In this document: piece by piece, positions 7,967-17,220 of the stretch
Numbering within the stretch: the first letter of the stretch is position 1
How the letters are laid out: each line of letters opens with the position of its first letter
Assembly (NCBI GenBank): GCA_964537505.1
Contig: CAZICK010000007.1
Span: forward strand, 311 to 64,310
Source of the DNA: an uncultured Pirellulales bacterium
GTDB taxonomy: Bacteria > Planctomycetota > Phycisphaerae > Sedimentisphaerales > SM23-30
Direction: 5' to 3'
DNA: 64,000 nucleotides
Translations under genes and position numbers: made by a program
Notes under the pieces: model-generated
Databases searched by the model: none
What the model was told of the DNA's origin: nothing
What the model saw: only the letters and a program-made list of their open reading frames with translations

Positions 7967-9019
7967 TTACCGGTCGTAAATTCCAAATTCTTTGATCGTA
8001 TCGAACATCGCGAGTACATTTTCGAGCGGTGTCTCTTCGAGAATACAATCGTGACTGGCGCCGGCAATGTAACCGCCGCCAGGCATCATAACACTGAGTA
8101 CTTCCCTGGTTTTTGTTCTGACAAATTTTTCGGTGCCTTCGATCAGAATTCTCTGGGAATCGATGGCACCATTGAAAAGTATCCTGTCGCCATATTTGGC
8201 TTTCAATTTTTTCAGATCCATACCGCGACAGCACGGCTGAATACTATGCAAGCCGTCAATGCCTGCTTTTATCATTGGGTCGATAAGCTCGGCAAAGCCG
8301 CCGCAACAATGCAGCATAACCTTGAGACCGTAAGAATGGCCCAGGTCGGCGAATCGCTGAAGATGCGGTGCGACAAAACGGTTAAACAGGTCCAGGCCGA
8401 GCATGGGGCCGGTCTGAGTGCCCAGGTCGTTACCGATAAAAAAGATGTCGATAACATCAGCGGCGGCGTCAAATATACGCTGAGAAACCTCGCAATAGAA
8501 ATCGACAAGATGAGTTAATACGGCGTCAACGAGTTCGGGCTGATCGTACATTTGCAGGAACAGGCTTTCCATTCCCAACAGATCGATAAGGTCGTGCCAA
8601 AAAGGCGACCAGTCACCACCGAGAATGGCATACTGCCGCTGGTACTGCGCAGCCTCAGCGTGGATATGACTGGCGTCCCACCACTTTGGATCGGGCCAGG
8701 GATATTCGTGCACGTCTTTGATTGAGGCGTTGGCCAAAGGATGGCTGGTGGGTTGTCCGTAGCCGATGCCGGCGTGCCCAACGCCAAACGGCGTGCAGGA
8801 GGTTGCGTCGGGAGGCAACTTGAAATCCGGGCCGTTGTACCTGGAATAGACCCGGCGAAAATCGTCTGCGAAACGAATTCGCAGACCTTTATCGTCGAGG
8901 TTTAACCGGCGTTTTGCCTTGGCCCAGAATTCTGGCGAGGCGCCACACCATGTCGGCACACGGTCGGGTTCGAGATGCTCGAACGCAGTTAAGACTCTTT
9001 CTCTGGATGTCATGGACAA
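7967..9019 (-). CDS. Uroporphyrinogen decarboxylase (URO-D) / MtaA-like family protein
   Basis: 350 aa. 'SRERVLTAFEHLEPDRVP' N-terminus and 'LHCCGG' motif. In tandem with 6834..7955. Confidence 0.7.
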   Translation of the reverse strand: MSMTSRERVLTAFEHLEPDRVPTWCGASPEFWAKAKRRLNLDDKGLRIRFADDFRRVYSRYNGPDFKLPPDATSCTPFGVGHAGIGYGQPTSHPLANASIKDVHEYPWPDPKWWDASHIHAEAAQYQRQYAILGGDWSPFWHDLIDLLGMESLFLQMYDQPELVDAVLTHLVDFYCEVSQRIFDAAADVIDIFFIGNDLGTQTGPMLGLDLFNRFVAPHLQRFADLGHSYGLKVMLHCCGGFAELIDPMIKAGIDGLHSIQPCCRGMDLKKLKAKYGDRILFNGAIDSQRILIEGTEKFVRTKTREVLSVMMPGGGYIAGASHDCILEETPLENVLAMFDTIKEFGIYDR

Positions 9020-9154
9020 TGGAACACCATTTTAGTTGCGAATATTGACTTTTGACGCCAACATCAATTTTAACGGTTGTCAGAATAAATACATAACAAA
9101 AAAAACGGAAAAACTCAATCGTTATGAGTATAAAGGATTCACGAAAAAGCAACC

Positions 9155-9184
9155 TTGCAAACTCACAAGTGATTGGTATATAAT
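9155..9184 (+). promoter_or_regulatory. Sigma70-like promoter candidate (TTGCAA-N18-TATAAT)
   Basis: ttgcaa at 9155-9160 and tataat at 9179-9184, about 40 nt upstream of the 9221 ORF start. Sequence match only. Confidence 0.35.
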
Positions 9185-9220
9185 GGTCCCCGGCAGTAAA
9201 GCAGCAGTCTGCGGGCTTTC

Positions 9221-11290
9221 GTGTTGAAGGCCGGCGGTCGTTTTTTGGCTTTGGTAAAGGTCATGATTGTGATCGAAAAACATACTGATACACAAAAAAC
9301 GGCACAATACAATTCAATGGTTATTCCATCTCTTACGGTATTTGTCACCAGTTTCTGCATAATGGCGATGGAACTCGTGGCGGGCCGGATCGTGGCCCGT
9401 TCACTCGGTTCAAGCCTGTACACGTGGACATCCGTTATCGGTGTGGTGTTGGCTGGCATTACCATCGGCAATTACACGGGCGGCCGTATGGCAGACCGTT
9501 TCCAATCGAAAACCACTTTAGCATGTCTGTTTGCTATTTCTTCCATGATATGCGTCGCAATCATAATATGGAATAACCTGGTCGGAAGCTGGATGTGGCT
9601 GTGGAAGCTTGGCTGGTCAATACACATTTTTACCCATGTTTGCCTGGTGTTTCTGTTGCCATCGATACTACTCGGAGCTATAAGCCCCATAGTGGCTAAA
9701 GCCGCCCTTGACAAGGGTCTGCCGAGAGGGAAAACGGTTGGTAACATTTATGCGTGGGTGGCAATCGGCAGTATTGCGGGGACGTTTTCCGCAGGATATT
9801 ACCTGATCGGGATAATAGGCAGTATAGCAGTGATCTGGATCATCGCGGCAATACTTTTGCTGATGGCTATGTTTTATTGCATACGTCTTCAGGTGGTTTA
9901 TGTCTGGGCGGTGGTGTTTTTGGGTATGGTGATTGTAGGGATCGGGCCGTGGGGATGGGCCGAGAAGGCCGGCGCTTATCTGGCCATTAGAAAACCAGTC
10001 TCCGAGAACACTATCTACGAAGATGAAACCGCATATTGTTATGTTGCGGTGAAGCAATTGTCTTCCAGTCCCGACCGGCGAGCTTTTATGCAGGACAAGC
10101 TCAAACACAGTGAAATACTGATGGATGACATATTGGATTTGCAGTATTTTTACAGTCATATTTTCGCGGCGATAACGGGCAAGCTCAGCGACGATAAGGA
10201 CGATTTGACGGTTTTGGTAATTGGAGGAGGCGGATATTCGTATCCGAGATATGTTAAGAAGGTTTGGCCGAACAGCCAGGTCGATGTGGCTGAGATCGAT
10301 CCAGGGGTCACCGAAGCGGCTATTCGTGGTTTCGGTCTGGCCCGTGACAGCTCGATAAGAACATTCGCGATGGATGGGCGAAATTACATTAACGGTCTGC
10401 TGGAACAGGAAACTCAAGGCGGTCCGTCAATGCGTTACGATTTCATCTATGAAGACGCTATCGATAATTATTCGGTGCCCTATCACCTGACTACCCGCGA
10501 ATTCAACGATAAGATTTCACGGCTACTTACTGACGACGGCGTGTATATGCTTAATCTGATAGATATTTTCGAGAGCGGTTTGTTCCTGGGTGCGATAGTC
10601 AATACTCTGGAGAAAACTTTTCCTTATGTTTACGTTGTGGCGCGTGGCGATCTGCCTCGTGCGGCACGGAGCACCTTTGTGGTTATCGCGGCAAAGCAAA
10701 GTCTCGATATCGATGAACTCTGCATCAAATACAAGAAACGCCAAAATTTGTGGCATCTGAGTGAATCGGATATGCAACGGCTCAGGGAAAAGAACAACGG
10801 TCTGGTTTTGACGGACGACTATGCTCCTATTGAAAGCCTGGTTTGCCCGGTTGTCCAGGCAGACGCGATAAGTTTTTTGTGTGTTGAGTACTTTGATGAG
10901 GCTAAAGAGCTCTTCCAGCAAGGCGAGTTAGACGCCTGCTTAAGAAAATACCGTGAAATTATTGACATTGCTCCGACAATGTCGGTGCAGGCGTATAATG
11001 AAATGGGAATGATTCTCTTCGAACGGCGTAAATGGATGGAAGCGGCTGAGGCATTTGAGAGTTGTCTGAAATATATTGCCCAAGAAAAGTTAATAACCAA
11101 TACGGGGAATATTCATTACAATCTGGCGGAGGCCCTGAACGGCGGCGGCAATATAAAACGGGCGTATGAAGAGTTTCAAAGAGCAATCGAGGAGTATCGC
11201 AGAGAACTGCGGGAAGACGCCGCTACAAAACTGCAGGAATATCTTCAATCACTGCAGGCTAAGCAATCACAGAAAACCGATGGACCTTGA
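9221..11290 (+). CDS. Fused MFS-like membrane domain / spermidine-synthase-like protein with C-terminal TPR region
   Basis: Polytopic N-terminal region, a SAM-fold segment 'VLVIGGGGYSYPRY...VDVAEIDPGV', and C-terminal TPR-like helices. The start is uncertain (GTG 9221 or ATG 9263). Confidence 0.7.
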   Translation: MLKAGGRFLALVKVMIVIEKHTDTQKTAQYNSMVIPSLTVFVTSFCIMAMELVAGRIVARSLGSSLYTWTSVIGVVLAGITIGNYTGGRMADRFQSKTTLACLFAISSMICVAIIIWNNLVGSWMWLWKLGWSIHIFTHVCLVFLLPSILLGAISPIVAKAALDKGLPRGKTVGNIYAWVAIGSIAGTFSAGYYLIGIIGSIAVIWIIAAILLLMAMFYCIRLQVVYVWAVVFLGMVIVGIGPWGWAEKAGAYLAIRKPVSENTIYEDETAYCYVAVKQLSSSPDRRAFMQDKLKHSEILMDDILDLQYFYSHIFAAITGKLSDDKDDLTVLVIGGGGYSYPRYVKKVWPNSQVDVAEIDPGVTEAAIRGFGLARDSSIRTFAMDGRNYINGLLEQETQGGPSMRYDFIYEDAIDNYSVPYHLTTREFNDKISRLLTDDGVYMLNLIDIFESGLFLGAIVNTLEKTFPYVYVVARGDLPRAARSTFVVIAAKQSLDIDELCIKYKKRQNLWHLSESDMQRLREKNNGLVLTDDYAPIESLVCPVVQADAISFLCVEYFDEAKELFQQGELDACLRKYREIIDIAPTMSVQAYNEMGMILFERRKWMEAAEAFESCLKYIAQEKLITNTGNIHYNLAEALNGGGNIKRAYEEFQRAIEEYRRELREDAATKLQEYLQSLQAKQSQKTDGP

Positions 11291-11328
11291 GAAAACGGTA
11301 GTTAGATACACATTCCCGCAGGTTGATA

Positions 11329-11898
11329 CTATTTGATGATAATTTGGTCGAGTGGTCGTTTTGGTACGTGATGGATACCCTGCTGGTCGCGATAGTATTC
11401 GATGCCTGTTTGCGTTGTCATATCCTCCAGGACAACGCGTTCGGCGGGCCGGCCCAGTGCGATGACCAGTAGAATCTGTAAATGGTCATCTATGTCCAGC
11501 TTTTTGCGAAGTGCATCGCGATCGATCGAGCCGATCATGCATCCGCCCAAGCCCCTCTCAGCAGCGCCGAGCAGAATGCTCTGAGCGGCAATACCGTGAT
11601 CGCAACCAAAGGTTTTGCTGATGCCGGTATCGCCCAAGATGATAATATAAGCTGAAGGCCGCTGGCCTTCGGCGGGTCCGGGCCAATCCTTCAGGTAACC
11701 GGCCCATGCGAGGTGATTGAAAATCGAGGCATTTTGGGTCGGCTCACAAGAAAGTATATATTTGAGCGGCTGCAAATTAGCCGCGGAAGGTGACATGCGG
11801 GCCAAATCGACCAGTTCCCGCAGGGCGGCCCGGTCGATAAGATAACTCTGATCAAAACGACGATAACTTCGGCTTTTCCGGACCAAATCCTTTACCAT
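11329..11898 (-). CDS. Nitroreductase family protein
   Basis: 'RSYRRFD' and 'ARMSPSAANLQPLKY' motifs. Start moved from 11970 to ATG 11898, which has a GGGAG RBS. Confidence 0.75.
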   Translation of the reverse strand: MVKDLVRKSRSYRRFDQSYLIDRAALRELVDLARMSPSAANLQPLKYILSCEPTQNASIFNHLAWAGYLKDWPGPAEGQRPSAYIIILGDTGISKTFGCDHGIAAQSILLGAAERGLGGCMIGSIDRDALRKKLDIDDHLQILLVIALGRPAERVVLEDMTTQTGIEYYRDQQGIHHVPKRPLDQIIIK

Positions 11899-12071
11899 GC
11901 TATGCTCCCGTTTACTCAAAATAAGCCATCTATGAGATTGAAGCGACAGAAACAACCAGCCAAGGTACACTGAAGGGATAATATTGTCAACCCAAAGACG
12001 GCAATTTCGATATTGAAAATCGCATTCCGGGGCAGGTTTTGATAGAATTTTTTAGTCACTAATTTTTTTTG

Positions 12072-12100
12072 TTGACAATGGTTGACGGTGCAGTTAAACT
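12072..12100 (+). promoter_or_regulatory. Sigma70-like promoter candidate upstream of dnaA (TTGACA-N17-TAAACT)
   Basis: ttgaca at 12072-12077 and taaact at 12095-12100. This would give a leader of about 270 nt before dnaA. Sequence match only. Confidence 0.3.
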
Positions 12101-12370
12101 CCCGCTTGCTCAATGAAATGAAGCGGCCAAGGAGTTGCTCTCGCTGGCCTGTTGAGTGAGTTTTTCGGTGGCTGTATGGGCTGCGGTTTTAATGATGCCT
12201 TTAATCCGAGCCGCGATGGCTCGTCTTTTATTTCGTACATTATTGCTCCATGGATGGGTAACGATGTTCAGGGGAACGGAATCTGTTTTGTTGCGTGTTT
12301 TCAGCTCTTTTGAGCAGGTTGAGACAGCCTACATAAGACAGAAAAAAAACACAGCGAAAGGAATGCGTGC

Positions 12371-13702
12371 GTGGCTGATGTTTTAACGAATATCTGGGAT
12401 GAGATTCTTCGCCACTTACAAAAACACAACAGCCAACTTTGGCGTAGTTGGTTTGAACAAATAGAGCCGATCAGTCTGGATAATGGTCTGCTGAGGGTTG
12501 GAGTTCCTGAACGTTCGTGGCTTCAGTTTCTCAGGCAGGAATGTAATGTTGGTTTCCGTGAGGCGGCACAGAGGGTCACGGGGCATTTGATCGGTCTGGA
12601 ATACGTTCATACCGAGCAAGATGATATGTCCGGCCAGATTGATTCGGATTTGGCCGGCGATTATAACGAAAATGTAGATTTATTTTGCCTGAATCCTGAC
12701 TATACGTTTAATAATTTTGTAGTAGGGCCGTGCAATCGATTGGCGCACGCGGCATGCGTGGCGGTAAGCGAATCGCCCGGTTGTACGTATAATCCTTTGT
12801 TTCTCCATGGTTCGGTTGGGCTGGGCAAGTCGCATTTAATGCAGTCAACCTGCCAAGTAATGCTAAAGCAGTCACCCCAGGCCCGGATTATGTATATGAC
12901 GTGCGAGACGTTTGTCAATGATTTCATTCAGGCGGTGGAAAACGGCAAGCTTTACGATTTTCGATATAAGTACCGCTATGTGGATACACTGGTAATCGAC
13001 GACGTTCAGTTTCTTTCCGAACGGGAAGGTTCGCAGGAAGAATTTTTTCACACATTCAACAGTCTCTATCAGGCGCGTAAGCAAATAATTTTGTCGTCGG
13101 ACTGCTGTCCGTCGGAGATACCCAAACTTGAGGATCGCCTGGTCAGTCGTTTTAATCAGGGGCTGGTTACGCGAATCGATAAGCCGGGCTACGAGACGCG
13201 GATGGCTATTTTACACAAGAAAGCGTCTTTGCGGAGCATTGATCCACCGGAAGAGGTGATCAGCTTTATCGCCCGCAAAATTGACAGCAATACCCGGGAG
13301 TTGGAAGGCGCCCTGACCAAGGTGCATGGCCTGGCGATGCTGGATGACGGCCAAATCACACTGGAATTGGCCCGTCAGGCGCTGGGAGAGGAGCCGACGC
13401 CGGCCCATCGGCAGATAACCATTTCGCAGATAATCGAATCGATAACCGATCATTTTGATATTCGTTTGAGCGACCTGCAGGGCAGACGTCGCAGTCGCAG
13501 CATTGCCTTTCCGCGACAGATATGCATGTATCTGGCTCGTGATCTTACCGGCCACAGTCTGGAAGAAATCGGTGGGTATTTCGGAGGTCGCGATCATACC
13601 ACAGTTCTTCACGCTTATCGTAACATCGACAAGCTCTGTGATCACGACGAAAACGTTCGTCGCCTGGTTAATGGGCTGGTGACAAGCCTGACGCAGCACT
13701 GA
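12371..13702 (+). CDS. dnaA: Chromosomal replication initiator protein DnaA
   Basis: 443 aa with a GTG start. 'FVVGPCNRLAHAA', Walker A 'GSVGLGKSHL', 'LVIDDVQFL', and C-terminal DNA-binding 'FGGRDHTTVLHAYRNI'. Confidence 0.92.
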   Translation: MADVLTNIWDEILRHLQKHNSQLWRSWFEQIEPISLDNGLLRVGVPERSWLQFLRQECNVGFREAAQRVTGHLIGLEYVHTEQDDMSGQIDSDLAGDYNENVDLFCLNPDYTFNNFVVGPCNRLAHAACVAVSESPGCTYNPLFLHGSVGLGKSHLMQSTCQVMLKQSPQARIMYMTCETFVNDFIQAVENGKLYDFRYKYRYVDTLVIDDVQFLSEREGSQEEFFHTFNSLYQARKQIILSSDCCPSEIPKLEDRLVSRFNQGLVTRIDKPGYETRMAILHKKASLRSIDPPEEVISFIARKIDSNTRELEGALTKVHGLAMLDDGQITLELARQALGEEPTPAHRQITISQIIESITDHFDIRLSDLQGRRRSRSIAFPRQICMYLARDLTGHSLEEIGGYFGGRDHTTVLHAYRNIDKLCDHDENVRRLVNGLVTSLTQH

Positions 13703-13720
13703 GAACCCGGCAGTTTCCGT

Positions 13721-14413
13721 TTATATTTCTATATTGGTAATGTCTTGTTCCAGTTCGCTGGGACGATAGAACATTTTAGGTTGAGGTATATCCACGCGAA
13801 AACCTAATTCACCCAATCGTCGCGCCAATCCCGGATAATACGGATCGGCCTTGAATGCCAGGATGAGATGATCGATAGCCTTTTCGTCGTTGCCTTGCGT
13901 AAAAAAGTGTTCGGCCAAGGTCATTAGAGGCTCAGCGTTGTGCGGTTCGGCTTTGGCCGCGGCGAGATAGGTAAGAATGGCGTGTTGTTCCATCTGGTCG
14001 CGGAAGAAACTTTCCGCTAAAGGTACAAACTCGCTGGCGGCATCTTTGTGTTCCAGGAATAAATTAGTTGCTTCTATAGATTTGTCAATTTGTTTGTTAC
14101 GATAAAGGGCCTTGATATAGGCCATTTGTGCAACGTCCATGGCCGGGTCAAAACGTACCGCTAATTCGTACTCCCAAATGGCATTGGTCCGATCGTTCAG
14201 TGTCTCATGGCACAGCCCCAGCCAGTAGTGCGAAGCGGAGTTTTCGTAATCGGATTCAAGGCTTTCCGTAAGCACTTTTTTGGCCATATCGTATTGATTG
14301 TGTTTGATATACACCTGAGCCCGACGGTTCAATCGAACAGCATCAAAGGTGCAACCCTGACAAACGATCAAAACCAGAATCAAAATTGTTGTGTTGCGTA
14401 TATAAGCTACCAT
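13721..14413 (-). CDS. TPR-repeat lipoprotein
   Basis: Signal peptide with lipobox 'LIVCQGC'. Several TPR-like repeats ('AIWEYELAVRFDP', 'ILTYLAAAKAEPHN'). Confidence 0.6.
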   Translation of the reverse strand: MVAYIRNTTILILVLIVCQGCTFDAVRLNRRAQVYIKHNQYDMAKKVLTESLESDYENSASHYWLGLCHETLNDRTNAIWEYELAVRFDPAMDVAQMAYIKALYRNKQIDKSIEATNLFLEHKDAASEFVPLAESFFRDQMEQHAILTYLAAAKAEPHNAEPLMTLAEHFFTQGNDEKAIDHLILAFKADPYYPGLARRLGELGFRVDIPQPKMFYRPSELEQDITNIEI

Positions 14414-14648
14414 TACTATTCTCCGTAAAAGCGTATGTGAGCCGGTTTTTCATGATTCCACGCTGCCGAACGGGACACTCAGCCAAACTGATCAGTAATT
14501 CTCCCTTTCAGCTATAAAATGCAGGTGTATCAAAGCTTTTCTCTTTTTGCAAGTAAAAACAGAGTCACTGAGCAAAAAAAATGGGCCGACCAAAGGGGAT
14601 CTGTGTGCGTCCTGGCATGAGCAGCGGATGCGTCCACCACCGTAATTG

Positions 14649-14813
14649 ATGTTAACGGATTCAATTCATTCCCGCATTAAATCCCTCTGGACAGGGCTGC
14701 GGGGGAATTGGCTGGAAGGCGTTCCACGTCTGATGGCGCACTGGAAGCTGGATGAGTTGAGTGGTACTAGAGTGAGTGGTAATGACGGAACGCTTAATGG
14801 TGATCCGACGTAA
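14649..14813 (+). pseudogene. Remnant of a LamG/concanavalin-like-domain secreted protein gene (N-terminal fragment only)
   Basis: The 54-codon ORF ends '...MAHWKLDELSGTRVSGNDGTLNGDPT*'. This is the characteristic 'HWKLDE..G...D.SGNGNDGTL.G.P.W' opening of LamG-domain proteins, cut by a stop after GDPT. It abuts the flagellin 3' end. Confidence 0.4.
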
Positions 14814-14839
14814 AGTCGAAGATATACTTCTTTGACTGA

Positions 14840-16237
14840 TTACGATAACAGGTTTACAGTGCTAAGTATAGAAAGTACGTTACTTGCGATCAGGCTCGAA
14901 GATGTTAGGGCTGTAATTCCGGCGTCCATAAGTAGTTGCAATCGTTCGTTGTTGGCGGTTTCGGCGACGTAATCAAGGTCTATTATGTTGCTTTTTGCTG
15001 TTTCCATAGCGGTTTTGGCGACGGTAAGGGAGTTTGTGGAACTCTCGATGGTGCAGGATTTGATCGCACCCCATCGTCCATGGTCCGCGGCTATCTGGGA
15101 AGAAGCTCGTTGTATGATTGCGGCGGCCGCTGAGTAGTTTTCCGACGCTATGTCGTTGTCGCCGCCGCTTTTGAGACTGCTGAGGTAGCCCAGGGAGCCG
15201 TTACCCAGATTGGTGGATCGCAGCGAGACTTGGCCGAAATTGATTCGGCTGGCAGCGGAGGTACCCAAGGCCCAGTCAGTTCCGTTACCGCGGACCGTGA
15301 AAATGGTGGTGCCGGCAGTGAAAGAGTCAGCGAGCGTAAGGGAAATAGAGGTGTTGCCACTGGTGTAGTAGGCATCGTTGCCACTTACCGATGTGCTGGC
15401 ACCATTGACGGTTGCAGTGGCATCGGCTCCATAGTCAACAGTCTGATTGCCATTACGCATGGTAAGACTACCCTGCTGAAAAGTGATTTCCACGTTGTTG
15501 CCCTCGCCGGCGTTCTCCGGTCGGAAATACACGTACGTATCGTATTCCGCCACGATGCCTGTACTGTCTGTCTCAAGGTTAACAAGAGCTGCTAATGTGG
15601 CTTTGGATTGACCTGCCTGCCAGGTAATCTGGGCTGACCCGTTTGGTCCAGTCAGCGTAAATATGACATCCGCGACGGGGTTTGCACCACCGTAAGATAT
15701 TTCGGCTTTAGTCGCCGCGACGGCCTCGACAGTATAGGTAACCGGGGTATCGCTGTGATTGGCAGATTTGACGCGGACATCAGCGAGATCGTCACTGTCC
15801 ACTCCGGAAACTGTATATGCGTACGATCCGTCGAGCAGATTAGTGTTGTTAAAAGAGGTCGTGTTGACCAAGGTGTCAATGGCGTCAATGGCGGTGTCGA
15901 TCTCGGCCTGGTAGGCGGCCTTATCTTCCTCAGTGGCTGCGCTGGCTGCGGCCAACTGTGCGGTCTCAATGGTGCCCATCAATGTCGATATTTCGGTTAG
16001 AGCGGCGTCAGCAGTATCGACAATGCTGCTTATTCTCTGTGCATTGCGGAGTTGACCGTCGATCCTGGCGATTTCAGCCGAGAAATTGCTAGCGGCAATG
16101 ATTCCGGAAGGATCGTCGGAAGCCCTGTTGACGCGGTAACCGGTGGTCAAACGCTCGTTTGACGTCGCCAGTTGCGTACCAAGCTCGATCAGATGACTGA
16201 CAATGCTGGATGAACCTAAATTATGTATGCTAAACAT
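14840..16237 (-). CDS. Flagellin
   Basis: 465 aa. Conserved N-terminal helix region 'LTTGYRVNRASDDPSGIIAASNF...IDGQLRNAQ' and C-terminal 'IIDLDYVAETANNERLQLLMDAG'. Thr/Ser/Ala/Gly-rich central domain. AGGAGG RBS. No other flagellar genes in the window. Confidence 0.85.
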   Translation of the reverse strand: MFSIHNLGSSSIVSHLIELGTQLATSNERLTTGYRVNRASDDPSGIIAASNFSAEIARIDGQLRNAQRISSIVDTADAALTEISTLMGTIETAQLAAASAATEEDKAAYQAEIDTAIDAIDTLVNTTSFNNTNLLDGSYAYTVSGVDSDDLADVRVKSANHSDTPVTYTVEAVAATKAEISYGGANPVADVIFTLTGPNGSAQITWQAGQSKATLAALVNLETDSTGIVAEYDTYVYFRPENAGEGNNVEITFQQGSLTMRNGNQTVDYGADATATVNGASTSVSGNDAYYTSGNTSISLTLADSFTAGTTIFTVRGNGTDWALGTSAASRINFGQVSLRSTNLGNGSLGYLSSLKSGGDNDIASENYSAAAAIIQRASSQIAADHGRWGAIKSCTIESSTNSLTVAKTAMETAKSNIIDLDYVAETANNERLQLLMDAGITALTSSSLIASNVLSILSTVNLLS

Positions 16238-16412
16238 CTCTTCCTTCTCACCTCCTGATTACCGTGGACCAGCCACAGCAGGTCTCAAGATACCATCTCA
16301 CTTGCGCCGGGCCATTTTGCGTCGAGCCGGTCGCATCACGTTAACTTGTTGTAATAACGTAAGTTAAGAACACATTCCTATTTGTTCGAGACACCCGTTC
16401 CCTGGATCGCAC

Positions 16413-16463
16413 AAAAAAGAGGCACCAACGACGTCACATTCAACGACGACGCTAGTGCCTCTT
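16413..16463 (-). terminator. Terminator-like hairpin plus T-tract on the minus strand, inside the flagellin upstream region
   Basis: On the minus strand, aagaggcac (16463-16455) pairs with gtgcctctt (16425-16417), followed by tttt. The loop is long (29 nt), so this is a weak call. Confidence 0.3.
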
Positions 16464-16507
16464 GAGGCGCTGTTGATGTAAGGACCCTGGTTTTGCCAAC
16501 AGCCGGC

Positions 16508-16534
16508 AAATCGGCCACAAAAAGCCTGCCTTCA
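16508..16534 (-). promoter_or_regulatory. Sigma28 (FliA)-like promoter candidate for flagellin (TGAA-N15-GCCGATTT)
   Basis: The minus strand reads cgTGAAggcaggctttttgtgGCCGATTTgcc, compared with the consensus TAAA-N15-GCCGATAA. It lies about 270 nt upstream of the flagellin ATG. Confidence 0.25.
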
Positions 16535-17220
16535 CGGGAGACTCTACGCTTAATTTCTGTGTCCAAATCTAAGATAAAATACAATTGTTCCTGAAGCAAA
16601 TGGTCGTGAATCGCGAGCAAGCAGAAAAAGCCATATTAAAGAATAACTATTCTGATTTTGCGGATTATCTGGTTTGGATCGCGGGCAATAGTTGCGTTAT
16701 CTCCGTTGCCATCGCGCAATTATTGCGTCTGATTTTTGGCGTTTTCTGCGTGGAAAGCTGGGTAATTGTCCTTGGCTATTATTTTTAGGCGGCAACAAAG
16801 GACAAGCTGATATTCCCATAACTTCTTTATTTGGAACCGTTTACGTATGATTTGGTTGTCTGTTGTCCCGTTTGTTCGGGCTGTGTTTAAGGGGGAATTG
16901 GCACAGTTTTTGCGGAACTGGTCTTTTGTAGCGGAAAATGTGGATAGAAATCGCGACGAGATGGTCGCTGCCAGGGTGGAGACCCGGTATATGAGCTTAA
17001 GGATGAGCTATGTTTCTTAATGAGCATGTACTTAATGACAATGTATTAGTTGTCTGTGGGGTATGCGCATACGTTCTATTGGGTAATGTTCGGTTTTTTG
17101 CCTTTTACGTTTGGTCGGACCAGAATTTACTTGTATTGGAGAGAGTGTAAAAATCCATTTTTGCGTAACAGGCCCTGTTGAATAAAAATTGGGTTAAAAA
17201 AACTGCGAAAGTAAATACCA

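Noticed and set aside
6834-8234. Full 466-aa version of the URO-D ORF given in the track
   Set aside because: The first 93 codons overlap the upstream URO-D gene in another frame and encode Arg/Cys-rich nonsense. ATG 7955, with an RBS 11 nt after the upstream stop, gives a normal family N-terminus.
9668-10417. 249-aa minus-strand ORF antisense to the MFS/spermidine-synthase gene
   Set aside because: It is an antisense shadow ORF with no motifs. The sense strand has clear domain signatures. The same reasoning applies to 7946-8518(+), 13211-13699(-), 18100-18762(-), 28827-29516(-), 29853-30530(-), 35416-36042(-), 37895-38491(-), 52988-53467(-) and 57519-58040(-).
12100-12160. Possible SRP (4.5S) RNA because of 'gaagcggccaaggag', resembling the GAAGCAGCCAAGG domain IV segment
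   Set aside because: The surrounding sequence lacks the symmetric-loop/GNAR-tetraloop helix and the long closing stem of SRP RNA. Only a 6-bp local hairpin can be drawn.
16290-16500. c-di-GMP-I (GEMM-I) riboswitch upstream of flagellin, from 'ggcaaaacc' and 'gacgcaaaatggcccggc' on the minus strand
   Set aside because: The two motif-like pieces are about 170 nt apart instead of about 25 nt, and I could not draw the P1/P2 helices with tetraloop and receptor. It is kept only as a generic 'structured leader' finding that needs cmscan.
16378-16788. Small ORFs 16378-16620(-) (80 aa) and 16585-16788(+) (67 aa)
   Set aside because: They have no RBS, no family resemblance and they overlap each other. 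The minus-strand ORF contains the terminator-like hairpin. Coding cannot be excluded for the plus-strand ORF (hydrophobic C-terminus) but it is unsupported.
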